Under the pieces are notes generated by a model. The model worked only from the letters and a program-made list of their open reading frames with translations. It had not been told where the DNA came from and made no database searches. 44,332 nucleotides of DNA from Armatimonadetes bacterium UBA5419 (GTDB lineage: Bacteria > Armatimonadota > UBA10988), in contig DHNJ01000120.1 of NCBI GenBank assembly GCA_002409445.1, forward strand, positions 21,444 through 65,775, in the 5' to 3' direction. Below are positions 18,408 through 27,726 of this stretch, piece after piece. The position numbers and the translations under genes are program-made. Numbering within the stretch: position 1 is the stretch's first letter; every line of letters starts with the position of its first letter.

Positions 18408-19124
18408 CTAGAACTCCGGATCCACCCACAGGCTGTCGACGATGTCCTGGCTGCGCATCCACTTGGCGTGACCATCGGCGAACCCAACGTTCATGCCACC
18501 GTTATGCGCGAAGCGGCGCCCAGGGAGCTGGAACGTGTCGTTCGCGGTGAGACCACCGCTGCCGGTGCGGTACATACGGAAGACCACCTGACCGCGGCGA
18601 TAGCAGTCCCAGTCGTCGTACATGGTAATGACCTGCGCGGGCGCTTGGATCGCGGCGATGTTCATCGGTCCGCGGCCACGACCGGTGAACGCGCCACCGT
18701 TGGCCCAGTAGCTCAGCGTCTCATCCTTCGGCAAGTTCGTACTGGTGCTGTGGACAATACCGCTGGGGCACTGGAAGATCGCGCGCGTCTTGATGTAGGG
18801 GATCAGTTTGGCCGGCCAGCGGTAGGGGTTCTCCTCCTTGACCGAGCCGTTCATCCAGAAGAAGGGCTGCGGTGCCGGGTTAATGGAGATCCCAGTACCC
18901 GTCGTGGCCGCGTCCCAGGGCATCGTTTCTTCGTAGTCTTGGACGTACTGCATCAGGGCCAAGCCGACCTGCTTCAGGTTGCTCAGGCAGGACGCTTGGC
19001 GAGCCTTCTCGCGGGCCTTCGCGAAGACCGGGAACAGGATTGCCGCCAGGATCGCGATGATCGCGATGACGACCAGCAACTCGATGAGCGTGAAGGCGCG
19101 CAGGCGCCGGATTGTGTAAGACAT
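18408..19124 (-). CDS. Prepilin-type DUF1559 / H-X9-DG protein, tandem copy C
   Basis: GGAGGAG RBS; AFTLIE N-terminus; [12 protein letters not shown]. Confidence 0.93.
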   Translation of the reverse strand: MSYTIRRLRAFTLIELLVVIAIIAILAAILFPVFAKAREKARQASCLSNLKQVGLALMQYVQDYEETMPWDAATTGTGISINPAPQPFFWMNGSVKEENPYRWPAKLIPYIKTRAIFQCPSGIVHSTSTNLPKDETLSYWANGGAFTGRGRGPMNIAAIQAPAQVITMYDDWDCYRRGQVVFRMYRTGSGGLTANDTFQLPGRRFAHNGGMNVGFADGHAKWMRSQDIVDSLWVDPEF

Positions 19125-19154
19125 AGTTCTCCTCCGCTTGATAGCGTTAAATCA

Positions 19155-19183
19155 ACTATAGCAAGTCCGCTGGCGTCCCGCCA
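19155..19183 (-). promoter_or_regulatory. Putative promoter of copy C
   Basis: TGGCGG-N17-TATAGT with extended TG; leader homologous to those of copies A and B. Confidence 0.5.
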
Positions 19184-19327
19184 GGACGCGGCCGACGAAG
19201 AGGCACCGCTGCGTGTGCCAGGCTCTCCGCGCCGGGCTGGCAATGAGTCTGCGCTGCCTGTAGCGTGCGCGTCCGCGCGGAGGAGGGTAGGGCGGATAGG
19301 CGAAGTGGCACATGCTGGAGAATGGGT

Positions 19328-20311
19328 ATGGCGAACGAGGTGCGGTGGGGCATTGTGGGGTGTGGTGGGATCGCGGCGAAGTTCGCCGGGTGCCTACCGG
19401 CAGTCGAGGGGGCGACCTTGGCCGGCGTGGCGAGCCGGCAGCAGGCCAAAGCCGACGAGTTCGCCGCCAAGCACAGTGCCGAGCGCGCGTATGGCTCCTA
19501 TGAGGCCCTGCTCGCGGCGGACGACGTCGACGCAGTCTATGTCGCCACGCCGCACCCGATGCACGATGAGCCGGTGCGCGCGGCGCTGCGTGCGGGCAAG
19601 GCCGTCTTGTGTGAGAAGCCGTTCAGCATCAACCAGGAGCGCGTAGCGGAGACCGTGGCCCTGGCGCGGGACCTCGGCGTGTTCTGCATGGAAGCCATGT
19701 GGACCCGGTTCCTGCCGACCAGCGGACAGGTGCGCGAGTGGCTGGCCGCGGGAGCGATCGGCGAGCCGATCTTGGCCTCCGCTAACTTCGCTTTCCGCGC
19801 GGGCTTTGACCCCGCCAGCCGCCTATTCGACCCGGACCTGGGCGGCGGTGGCCTGCTGGACGTCGGTGTTTATACGATCGCGTATGCCAACATGCTGCTG
19901 AGCGCTCTGCCCGAGCAGGTCACGGGCCTGGCGACGCTGGGCGAGACGGGGGTCGACGAGGTGGCAGGCTACGTGCTGAGCTACCCCGGCGGCCGCCTGG
20001 CGACGCTGTCCTGCGCAGTGCGCGTCAGCTCGCCGCAGAGCGCGCGGATCGACGGCACGGCCGGGCGCATCGAGATCCCCAACTTCTGGAACGGTAGCCG
20101 CGCGACGCTGTCGGCGGAGGGCCAGGAGCCGGTGACGGTTGAACTGCCGCACGACCTGAACGGATTCGAGTACGAGGTGCGCGAGGTCCACCGCTGTTTG
20201 GCCGCCGGCCTCACGGAGAGCCCCGCCATGCCCCTGGACGAGACCCTGGCCACGGCTGGTGTCATGGACGCGTTGCGCCAGCAGTGGGGCCTGCGCTACC
20301 CGATGGAGTAA
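19328..20311 (+). CDS. Gfo/Idh/MocA family oxidoreductase (dihydrodiol/D-xylose dehydrogenase-like)
   Basis: RWGIVGCGGIA, YVATPH, EKP, MEAMWTRFLP and GGG.LLD.GVY. Confidence 0.92.
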   Translation: MANEVRWGIVGCGGIAAKFAGCLPAVEGATLAGVASRQQAKADEFAAKHSAERAYGSYEALLAADDVDAVYVATPHPMHDEPVRAALRAGKAVLCEKPFSINQERVAETVALARDLGVFCMEAMWTRFLPTSGQVREWLAAGAIGEPILASANFAFRAGFDPASRLFDPDLGGGGLLDVGVYTIAYANMLLSALPEQVTGLATLGETGVDEVAGYVLSYPGGRLATLSCAVRVSSPQSARIDGTAGRIEIPNFWNGSRATLSAEGQEPVTVELPHDLNGFEYEVREVHRCLAAGLTESPAMPLDETLATAGVMDALRQQWGLRYPME

Positions 20312-20317
20312 CCAACG

Positions 20318-21295
20318 ATGGACCACGGACAGATCAGTGGGGTGCCGCTACCGGTCGCCCGGCTCATCCTGGGCACGATGATCCTGAGTTCCGACCGACA
20401 GGACGATGCCGACCAGCTGCTTGACGATGCGTTGAACCTAGGGCTGACCGCGTTCGACCTGGCGCACGTCTACGGTGGCGGCGGCGCAGAGCGAGCGATG
20501 GGCAGTTGGCTGGCGCGCCGCGGCGTGCGGGACCAGGTCGTGCTAATCTCCAAAGGTGCGCACCCTAACGGCGACCGGCAGCGCGTCACCCCGTACGACA
20601 TCGGCTCCGACCTGCTCGACTCGTTGGCCCGCCTGCGCCTGGATCGCATCGACCTGTACCTGCTGCATCGTGACGATCCACGGGTGCCCGTAGGCGAGAT
20701 TGTCGAGGCCTTGGCGGAGCATCAACGCGCCGGCCGGATCGGCGCTTACGGTGGTTCGAACTGGACGCACGAGCGGCTCGAGGCGGCCAACCGCTACGCC
20801 GCTTCGCACGGCTTGCCGCCGCTGGCCGCGAGCAGCCCAAACTACGGCTTGGCCGAGCAGGTCGAGGACCCGTGGGGCCCGGGCTGCGTGGGCTTGGGTG
20901 GGCCGGCACAGGCGGAGGCGCGGGCCTGGTACCAGACCAAGCAGCTGCCGATTCTGGCCTATAGCAGCCTCGGCCGGGGGTTCTTCTCGGGCCGGATCAG
21001 CCGCGCGACGTTCGAGCAACAGCGCGACAGCATCGATGGTGCGTGCCTGCGCGCGTACTGTCACGAGGTCAACTTCCGGCGGCTTGACCGGGTCGAAGCG
21101 TTCGCCCAGCAGACCGGCCTGACGGTGCCACAGGTCGCCCTGCGCTGGGTCTTGAGCCAACCGCTGAATGTCTTCGCCCTCGTGGGCGCGGCCAGCCGGG
21201 CGGAGATGGAGGGGCTGTTACCCGCGCTGGCGCGGCGGCTGACCCCCGCGGAGTCGGCCTGGCTCGACCTGGCAAGCGATGCGCAGCCGTTCTAG
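20318..21295 (+). CDS. Aldo/keto reductase
   Basis: LILGT, FDLAHVYG, SKG, IDLYLLHRDD and GGSNW. Confidence 0.9.
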   Translation: MDHGQISGVPLPVARLILGTMILSSDRQDDADQLLDDALNLGLTAFDLAHVYGGGGAERAMGSWLARRGVRDQVVLISKGAHPNGDRQRVTPYDIGSDLLDSLARLRLDRIDLYLLHRDDPRVPVGEIVEALAEHQRAGRIGAYGGSNWTHERLEAANRYAASHGLPPLAASSPNYGLAEQVEDPWGPGCVGLGGPAQAEARAWYQTKQLPILAYSSLGRGFFSGRISRATFEQQRDSIDGACLRAYCHEVNFRRLDRVEAFAQQTGLTVPQVALRWVLSQPLNVFALVGAASRAEMEGLLPALARRLTPAESAWLDLASDAQPF

Positions 21296-21903
21296 CCGGC
21301 GGTGCGCGGCTGTAGGTACTCGACGAAGCGGCTTAGCTGCGCGCTGTAGATCCAGGATGCCTGCTGGATGGTGCCCTTGGTGATGCCCCGTTCGAGGTCG
21401 AGGTCGTAGGCCAGTGCGGCGGTGCTCTCATTGTCCAACCACGCGCGGACGAACCGACGGTCCTTGTTCCACGCGTTGATGGCCGTCAGGCTCGGCGCGT
21501 TGACCGGTTCGAAGGTCGCAAAGAACTGCAGACCCTGGTAGTTGTTGGAGGTGCCCACCCGGTCGCTCATCAGCAGGAAGCACGCCTGGAAGCCGATCAC
21601 CAGCGAGTAGGCCGGATCACCCTCCGACTCGGCCTTGGAGAAGGGGATGCCCATGGCCGTGAGCAACTCCTCCAGCCCGGCCGGCGAGAGGTTGTTGACC
21701 ACTTGGTTGGCCACTTCGGCGGTCAAGTTGCCGTGGTCGTTCTCGGCCTGGGCGAAGCGCAGTCCACCCGTCTGCCAGGGGCTGTTGCCGATCGTCGGGC
21801 GCGTGGACGTGTTGTCCAGCTTGCTCCAGGTGTAGGTCTGGGCCCCCAAGCCCACGACGACCGCCGCCACGATACCTAGCGTCCACAGCTTGCTTGCGCG
21901 CAT
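21292..21903 (-). CDS. YbjN-domain (T3SS-chaperone-like fold) protein with N-terminal signal/TM
   Basis: GAGGAG RBS then ATG 21903; INAWNKDRRFVRAWLD...L.YDL.L..G.T motif. Confidence 0.7.
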   Translation of the reverse strand: MRASKLWTLGIVAAVVVGLGAQTYTWSKLDNTSTRPTIGNSPWQTGGLRFAQAENDHGNLTAEVANQVVNNLSPAGLEELLTAMGIPFSKAESEGDPAYSLVIGFQACFLLMSDRVGTSNNYQGLQFFATFEPVNAPSLTAINAWNKDRRFVRAWLDNESTAALAYDLDLERGITKGTIQQASWIYSAQLSRFVEYLQPRTAG

Positions 21904-21927
21904 GGTCAACTCCTCGCCACCCTGCTT

Positions 21928-24900
21928 CTAATTGTCGGCTTCGGCACCGCAATCGTCAACCCGCGCCCACCGGATCGGGCCCAGAAGGCCGGCCGGCCAG
22001 AGCACGTACTCATCGCTCCAGGTGGCGCCGCTCGTCTCGAAGTGGTCTGGACCGTAGGCGTCGGAGCGAGCCGGCACTAGGTGCAAGGGGCCAAAGGTAT
22101 TGCGGCGGGTGAGGACAACCTCGACTTCGAGCGGTCCCGGTCCAGCCGGCACGACCGCTCGCCGCGGCGACCAGGGCAGGCGGACCAGCTGCTCGTCCCG
22201 CCGCAGGCGGCAGAGGGCGCCCTCGACCGCGGGAACATCGACCCACACCGCGCCAGCCGGCAGGTCGGGCAGGCGGTAGGCGATGGTGCCACTGTAGAAC
22301 GGCAGGCCCTGGTCGACCACGCTGCGCAGTGCAAGTTTCTCCGGCAGGCAAGAGAGTGCCGCCGTCCGTCCTTCCAACCGGACCCCGAACTCGCCCAGCA
22401 AGTAGGCCGCTTCCAGGCCGGCGGTCTCGTCGTAGGCCAGACTGACTTCGAGCGTGTTCGTGCCCGTCTGCAGAGTTGTCTCTGGCACGTCGTAGCGCCA
22501 GAAAGCAAGGTCGATCCAGTGTTGCGGCGGCAGTTCGTAGCAGACCCGACCAGCATCGGCCGGAGAGGCCGCCAGGGCCTGGCCGTTGAGGGTCACGGCG
22601 GTGCAATGGTCTGGTTCAAGCGCCAGTTGGACGCCAGCGGGAGGTAGTGTGTCGACGTCGAACTGAAAGCGGAGCGTGACGACTCCGGCCTGATCCAGCG
22701 GCGCACCGCGTCGGTACCACGGCTGGACCATCTCGCCCCCGCGCGGCGCCCAACCCAAGTCCTCTCGTAGCGCCCGGTCGGCGCGCAACACCTCGGTCGC
22801 CGGCTGCCAAGGCCCGTCATCTAGCCGCCACGCACAGCGGTCGAGCACCAAGACATTCGGCTCGTCGAGGCGGTACGGCAGCGTACCTTGGACCTCGTGC
22901 CAGGTCGTGGGCGGCAGCGGGCGGGGCACTGTCTCGATCTCGTCCACCCCTACGAGCCAGAGCCCTTCGCCTCCGGGCGGCAGTTCGGCCGTCCAGTACA
23001 GGGCGTCGGCGTCCGCGCTGGCGAGCTGGGTATGGAGCTTGCCCGTCGTGCTGTCGAGCTGCGTCACCGGCCCTCCAGCGTCGAAGCTGATCTGCACGTG
23101 CGTCGGCTGCTCGCGGTTGGTGTTGACCAGGCCTATCACCCAGCCCTCGTCCAGCCGCCGGACCGCGGCAAGCACCTGCTCCGCGGCCGTGGCGGGCGCG
23201 ATCTTGAGTGGACCGCGCCCGGGTGCGAGAGCAGCCCGGACGGCATCGCGGTCCCAATCCACCACCTGCCAGGCGCGCGCGGACAGCTTGGCGTGGACGG
23301 ACGGCGCCGCGTCGACGAAGTGCGGCGGCAGTCCGCCCAGCACAACCCGCCCACCGGCCTGGGCGAACGCGTCGAGCAGGTCCAGGGTCGTCGATCGGAG
23401 TGTCAACACGCGCGGCACGAAGGCCTGCCGGTAGACGGCCTGGCCGACGCGTAGGTAGGCGCCCTGCGCGTCGGTGCCCGCCTCCGCATGCTCGGCCAGC
23501 AGCCCCTCGTCGCCGTAGTCGAAGCCGATCTGGGCGCCGCTGAGCCAGCCGAACAGGTCCGCGTGGTCCTGGTCCAAGCGGGCGATCGCCGGCGTCGCGG
23601 CGGTCAACTGGTTGGCCCAGCCGACGTGGATCTGGCACCAGATGCTCTCGATCGGGTTGATGACCAGCGTCTCGCGCAGCGGCCGGCCGGCGCTGAGGGC
23701 CACGCCCAGGCGGGCGAAGTAGTCCTCGACGACTGGGTAGTCCCGCCACCAGGCAGACTGGTGGGCCAGGCTGGCGGGGTAGTCGCGCTTGGCCTGGCCG
23801 CGCATCGTGTACCAAGAGAGGTGCGGGCAGCGCAAGTTGATGCCGAGTAGCGCCTGCCAGGCGCCCAGCGCGCGGTGCCCCTCGAAGCCCATCTGCCAGC
23901 CCGTGCAGCCATCAAGCTCCGAGAGCAGCCAGGGCTGATCCAGCTGGTGGGCGACCGAGGCCAGCTGGGCGACGGCCCAATAGGCCCGGTTGCCCTCGGT
24001 CAGAATATCGATGCCAGGGTCACTGAGGTACGGATAGAAGCGCTGCAACGAGCCGAGCATGGCCACCTGGGTAGTTAGGCTATCCTCGTGGAGGGCATGG
24101 CCGGTCAGCCGCAGCCCGTGCTCGTCACACCAGGCGCGGATGGGCGCGAGGAAGTTAGCCTCGAACAGGCTCTGGGTCAGTTCGCAGTAGTGCCACTTGA
24201 CCTGGCTGACCGGCCGCGCATCGACCTGCAGGAAGAGTTCGGGTAGCCGTTCGATCAGGTCGTAGCCGAAGCGCCGCTCGAACTCGGCTGGCAGCGCGTC
24301 GGTCCAGGGGGCCATCGCAGGGGCATTGTGGTTGGCCAGGCTGAAGCCGGACATCAGCGCGCCGCGGTGGGGCTCATCGGTGAAGATGCCGGTGATCGCG
24401 GCGCCGAGGCGACTGCCGCTGCGCGCGGCATAGCGCTCGTGGGTCAGCTCGATGAACCGGTCGGTGGCCGCGCGGGACATCGTGTCGACGTAAGTCTGGC
24501 CGTTGTAGAAGCTGGAGGGCTCCTGGACCTCGACGCTGAAGGTAATGACCGTCCGCTGCTCGTACTCGTCGCGCGGTGTGTCCGGGGTCAGACGCACGAG
24601 GTCACGGGCGACTAGGCCGTCAAGGCTGACGGCGAAGGCGGCCAACAGGTCGTCATGCCAGGTGAACAGGTGGCCAGGATCGCGCCGCAGACTCACGAAG
24701 CGGAGCCGGTGTGCTGGGTCCAGCGTGACCAGCCCGCCGGCGGTGCCGCTGGGCCAGCGGTCCTCGTCGTAGAGCCAGGCTTCGAGGCCTAGGAGCTGCG
24801 CCTCGTCCGCGCAAGCGTTGATCAACTCGAACCACTCGTCGCCCAGATACTCAGTCTCTAGGCCGGTGCGCGAGTGCATGAACACACCGCCGTAGCCCAT

Positions 24901-25032
24901 CGCCGCGAGCACATGCACCTGCCGCAGCAGTTCGCGTCGCTCGAGCCGGCCGTTCCATGCCCAGAACGGCTTGGCCCGCCAGGCAGGGCCCGGCTGGCGG
25001 AACTCCTGCAGCCAGACGGGGGCTTGATCCAT
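21928..25032 (-). CDS. Large glycoside hydrolase, GH106 (alpha-L-rhamnosidase)-like
   Basis: PFWAWNG, GG.FMHSR.GL, WLYDEDRWPSG.AGG, FTDEP, PGID.L and KRDYP. Confidence 0.75.
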   Translation of the reverse strand: MDQAPVWLQEFRQPGPAWRAKPFWAWNGRLERRELLRQVHVLAAMGYGGVFMHSRTGLETEYLGDEWFELINACADEAQLLGLEAWLYDEDRWPSGTAGGLVTLDPAHRLRFVSLRRDPGHLFTWHDDLLAAFAVSLDGLVARDLVRLTPDTPRDEYEQRTVITFSVEVQEPSSFYNGQTYVDTMSRAATDRFIELTHERYAARSGSRLGAAITGIFTDEPHRGALMSGFSLANHNAPAMAPWTDALPAEFERRFGYDLIERLPELFLQVDARPVSQVKWHYCELTQSLFEANFLAPIRAWCDEHGLRLTGHALHEDSLTTQVAMLGSLQRFYPYLSDPGIDILTEGNRAYWAVAQLASVAHQLDQPWLLSELDGCTGWQMGFEGHRALGAWQALLGINLRCPHLSWYTMRGQAKRDYPASLAHQSAWWRDYPVVEDYFARLGVALSAGRPLRETLVINPIESIWCQIHVGWANQLTAATPAIARLDQDHADLFGWLSGAQIGFDYGDEGLLAEHAEAGTDAQGAYLRVGQAVYRQAFVPRVLTLRSTTLDLLDAFAQAGGRVVLGGLPPHFVDAAPSVHAKLSARAWQVVDWDRDAVRAALAPGRGPLKIAPATAAEQVLAAVRRLDEGWVIGLVNTNREQPTHVQISFDAGGPVTQLDSTTGKLHTQLASADADALYWTAELPPGGEGLWLVGVDEIETVPRPLPPTTWHEVQGTLPYRLDEPNVLVLDRCAWRLDDGPWQPATEVLRADRALREDLGWAPRGGEMVQPWYRRGAPLDQAGVVTLRFQFDVDTLPPAGVQLALEPDHCTAVTLNGQALAASPADAGRVCYELPPQHWIDLAFWRYDVPETTLQTGTNTLEVSLAYDETAGLEAAYLLGEFGVRLEGRTAALSCLPEKLALRSVVDQGLPFYSGTIAYRLPDLPAGAVWVDVPAVEGALCRLRRDEQLVRLPWSPRRAVVPAGPGPLEVEVVLTRRNTFGPLHLVPARSDAYGPDHFETSGATWSDEYVLWPAGLLGPIRWARVDDCGAEADN

Positions 25033-25131
25033 GGTAGGGCTCCTTAGCTGAGGCTCAGGCGGCCGGGTTGCGCTCCGGGCCGCGGCAGGACTCTACCATG
25101 GTGCGGCCAAGGTTGCCGTTGGAGACCGATC

Positions 25132-26310
25132 ATGCTTGCGACGCCGACACGGTTCGTGACGTATCTCTGCCTCGCGGCGCTGGGCACCGGGTGTGGTGTG
25201 CCCGCGGCCCGCGGCGCCGATAGTCCGTACGCTGGCTGGACCAATGGGCCTAGTGCTAGCCCGGACTACTTCCCGATCGCGGTCTGGTTGCAGAGCCCCC
25301 ACAATGCCGAGCGTTTCGCGGCCGTTGGGGTGAACCTGTTTATTGGCCTGTGGCAGGGCCCGACCGCGGACCAGTTGGCCGCGCTCAAGGCGGCGAACAT
25401 GCAGGTCATCTGCCACCAGAACGACCTGGCTCTGACCGACCCGAACAACGACATCATTGTCGCTTGGATGCACGGTGATGAGCCCGACAATGCGCAACCG
25501 GATGGTCAGGGCGGCTACGGGCCACCCATCTTACCCGAAACCATCATCGCTGATTACAAGACGATCGCCGAGCGTGACCCCAGCCGGCCGGTGCTGCTGA
25601 ACCTCGGCCAAGGGGTGGCCTGGGATGGCTGGTACGGGCGCGGCGTGCGCACCAACCACCCTGAAGACTATCCCGAGTACGTGCAGGGCGCCGACATCGT
25701 CTCGTATGACATCTATCCCGTCGTCCACGACCACCCAGATGTCGCCGGCAAGCTGGAGTATGTGCCGAACGGGGTCAAGCGGCTGAAGGGCTGGGCTCGC
25801 GAAGACCAGCCGATCTGGTGCTGCATCGAGACAGGCCACATCGGCAATGCGGAAGTCAAGCCTACAGCTGAGCAGATCCGCTCGGAGGTCTGGATGGCGA
25901 TCATCGCTGGCGCACGCGGCCTGGTCTACTTCAGCCACCAGTTCGCACCGACCTTCAGCGAGGCAGCCATGCTGGAGGATCCGGACATTGTCGCCGGCAT
26001 CACCGAACTCAACGCGCAGGTCATGAGCCTGGCGCCGGTGATCAATGGCGACGACCTGGAGCCTTACGTCAACCAGGAAACCGAGGATCCTGAGCGCGTC
26101 GTGCAGTGGCTGGCGAAGCAGGGGCCGGACGCGCCCCATCTGTTCGTCTCGAACAACTCGGCCGAGGACCGCGCCGTTAGCTTCCGCTTGCTCGAAGGCG
26201 ATTGGCAGCAGGCGGTTGTCCTGGGTGAGGATCGCGTGGTGCCGATCGTGGACGGCGTGTTGAGCGACGATTTCGCCGGCTACGGCGTGCACCTGTACCG
26301 CTTCGAGTAG
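25132..26310 (+). CDS. Exported putative glycoside hydrolase (clan GH-A-like TIM barrel plus C-terminal beta domain)
   Basis: Signal/lipobox LGTGC; W...[16 protein letters not shown] and VWMAII.GARG..YF. Confidence 0.55.
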   Translation: MLATPTRFVTYLCLAALGTGCGVPAARGADSPYAGWTNGPSASPDYFPIAVWLQSPHNAERFAAVGVNLFIGLWQGPTADQLAALKAANMQVICHQNDLALTDPNNDIIVAWMHGDEPDNAQPDGQGGYGPPILPETIIADYKTIAERDPSRPVLLNLGQGVAWDGWYGRGVRTNHPEDYPEYVQGADIVSYDIYPVVHDHPDVAGKLEYVPNGVKRLKGWAREDQPIWCCIETGHIGNAEVKPTAEQIRSEVWMAIIAGARGLVYFSHQFAPTFSEAAMLEDPDIVAGITELNAQVMSLAPVINGDDLEPYVNQETEDPERVVQWLAKQGPDAPHLFVSNNSAEDRAVSFRLLEGDWQQAVVLGEDRVVPIVDGVLSDDFAGYGVHLYRFE

Positions 26311-26335
26311 CGGCAAAACCGGAAGGAGGTGGCCC

Positions 26336-27265
26336 ATGGCCCGCCCGTTGAGTAACGTTGCCCCCGACTGGTGGGATTACACCACCCTGGAGCCCGAATT
26401 GCTGGCTGACGCCGCGCGGCTGAGCGCGGAGGACATTCTGCAGCTGGCCCGGCCGGGCTTCGAGGTGTTCTTCTACGATACGCTGGAGGAGTTGTACCTT
26501 GCCGAGGCCCTCGAGTACATTGATGCCTGGCGCCAGTCGACGCCTGACAACCCCGTCGGCATCTGCGGGCCGATCGGGCCGACCGAGCAGCTGCCGTTGG
26601 TCGCCCGCCTGGTCAATGACCTTGAATTGGACATCCGGGACGGCCACTTCTGGGGCATGGACGAGTGGTACCTGGATGGTGAAGTGGTCAGCGGTGATCA
26701 CCCACTCTCTTTCGAGCGCGCGGACCGCGAACTGCTCTTCGACCGCATCCGGTCCAATCTAGTCCCGCCGGATAGCCACCTGCACTTCCCCACAGCCGAC
26801 GTCGATGCGTTCGAGGCCACCTGGAGCGATGTGCGCTGTGCGGTGATGCAGGGCGGGCAGGGCGAGGTCAAGCACTGGGCCTTCAACGACCCGCCGCGCC
26901 GCGAAGGCAAATGGCAGGATGCGCCGCCGAGCCCGGAGGAAGTGCGCACCTGGGGCACGCGGCTGGTCGAGTTACACCCGCTGACGCTGGTCCAAAACGC
27001 GCGCACCTCCGCAGGTGGCAACCTGCCGATTGTCCCGCGCATGGCGCTAACGGTCGGCCCGAAGCAGACCTGGCAGGCGGAGCGGGTCAGCATCTGGCAT
27101 CCGGGCCATCACGACAACCCGTTCGGGCTGCGGCTGACCGCGCTGATGATCGGCAAGGGCATCGCCGATGCGGCGGTGCCGATGTCGCTGTTGGCGGACC
27201 ACCCGAACGTACGGTTCAGCTACTATCGCGGCGGCCTAGGCAGCACGATCGCGGAGATGCACTAA
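26336..27265 (+). CDS. Glucosamine-6-phosphate isomerase/deaminase (NagB-like) family protein
   Basis: GPIGPT, FWGMDEW, HPLSF and GG.G...H.AFNDP. Confidence 0.82.
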   Translation: MARPLSNVAPDWWDYTTLEPELLADAARLSAEDILQLARPGFEVFFYDTLEELYLAEALEYIDAWRQSTPDNPVGICGPIGPTEQLPLVARLVNDLELDIRDGHFWGMDEWYLDGEVVSGDHPLSFERADRELLFDRIRSNLVPPDSHLHFPTADVDAFEATWSDVRCAVMQGGQGEVKHWAFNDPPRREGKWQDAPPSPEEVRTWGTRLVELHPLTLVQNARTSAGGNLPIVPRMALTVGPKQTWQAERVSIWHPGHHDNPFGLRLTALMIGKGIADAAVPMSLLADHPNVRFSYYRGGLGSTIAEMH

Positions 27266-27303
27266 CCCAGCGGCGCCTCCGCGCCGTGAGGACCCAACGC
27301 AGA

Positions 27304-27331
27304 ACGGCTCCGGTCGCGTGACCGGAGCCGT
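27304..27331. terminator. Hairpin between the convergent nagB-like gene and rpsT
   Basis: ACGGCTCCGGTC-GCGT-GACCGGAGCCGT, a perfect 12-bp stem. Confidence 0.7.
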
Positions 27332-27351
27332 CGCAAAGTTGTCAGCCGAAT

Positions 27352-27630
27352 CTAGGCCTCGGCGGGCTGGTCGGTGAGGTCGGCAGCGCGGTGCAGCCGC
27401 GCGGCGCGTCGGCTGGCCTGATTGCCGTGGATGATGCCGCGCTTGGCGGCCTTGGCCAGCTTGCTCTCGGTCGCGGCGGCCAGCTTCCGGGCCTCGGCGG
27501 TATCACCCGCGGCGATCGCCTCGCGCACCTGCTTCACCAGGGTCTTAATCTCAGTCTTGGCGGCGACATTGCGGGCGTGGCGCTTGATCGCCTGCCGGGC
27601 GCGCTTCTTGGCCGACTGCTTCTTGGGCAC
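27352..27630 (-). CDS. rpsT: 30S ribosomal protein S20
   Basis: GAGGAG RBS then GTG 27630; PKKQSAKKRARQ...RN...K..IKT..K and KAAKRGIIH.N.ASRR. Confidence 0.95.
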   Translation of the reverse strand: MPKKQSAKKRARQAIKRHARNVAAKTEIKTLVKQVREAIAAGDTAEARKLAAATESKLAKAAKRGIIHGNQASRRAARLHRAADLTDQPAEA

Positions 27631-27664
27631 TGGAAACTCCTCATCTGCACTCAGGAACCGGCTC

Positions 27665-27693
27665 AGAATAGCACGGGACCGCCGATGTGGCAA
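27665..27693 (-). promoter_or_regulatory. Putative sigma70 promoter of rpsT
   Basis: TTGCCA-N17-TATTCT with extended TG. Confidence 0.65.
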
Positions 27694-27726
27694 ACCCCGG
27701 GCGCCGTGATGATGGCCTTGACACGG

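Larger units (their letters stand above)
16475..19190. repeat. Diverged tandem triplication, period about 935 bp
   Basis: Stop codons at 16537, 17474 and 18408 (spacing 937 and 934); homologous CDS, leaders and hairpins. Confidence 0.9.

Noticed and set aside
16537-19124. Diversity-generating retroelement explanation for the pilin-like repeats
   Set aside because: No reverse transcriptase in the window; all copies are intact genes; differences are mostly synonymous third-position changes rather than TR/VR adenine-specific mutagenesis
17441-19646. Plus-strand ORFs 17441-18223 and 18468-19646 that resemble each other
   Set aside because: Their similarity only mirrors the duplicated minus-strand DUF1559 genes
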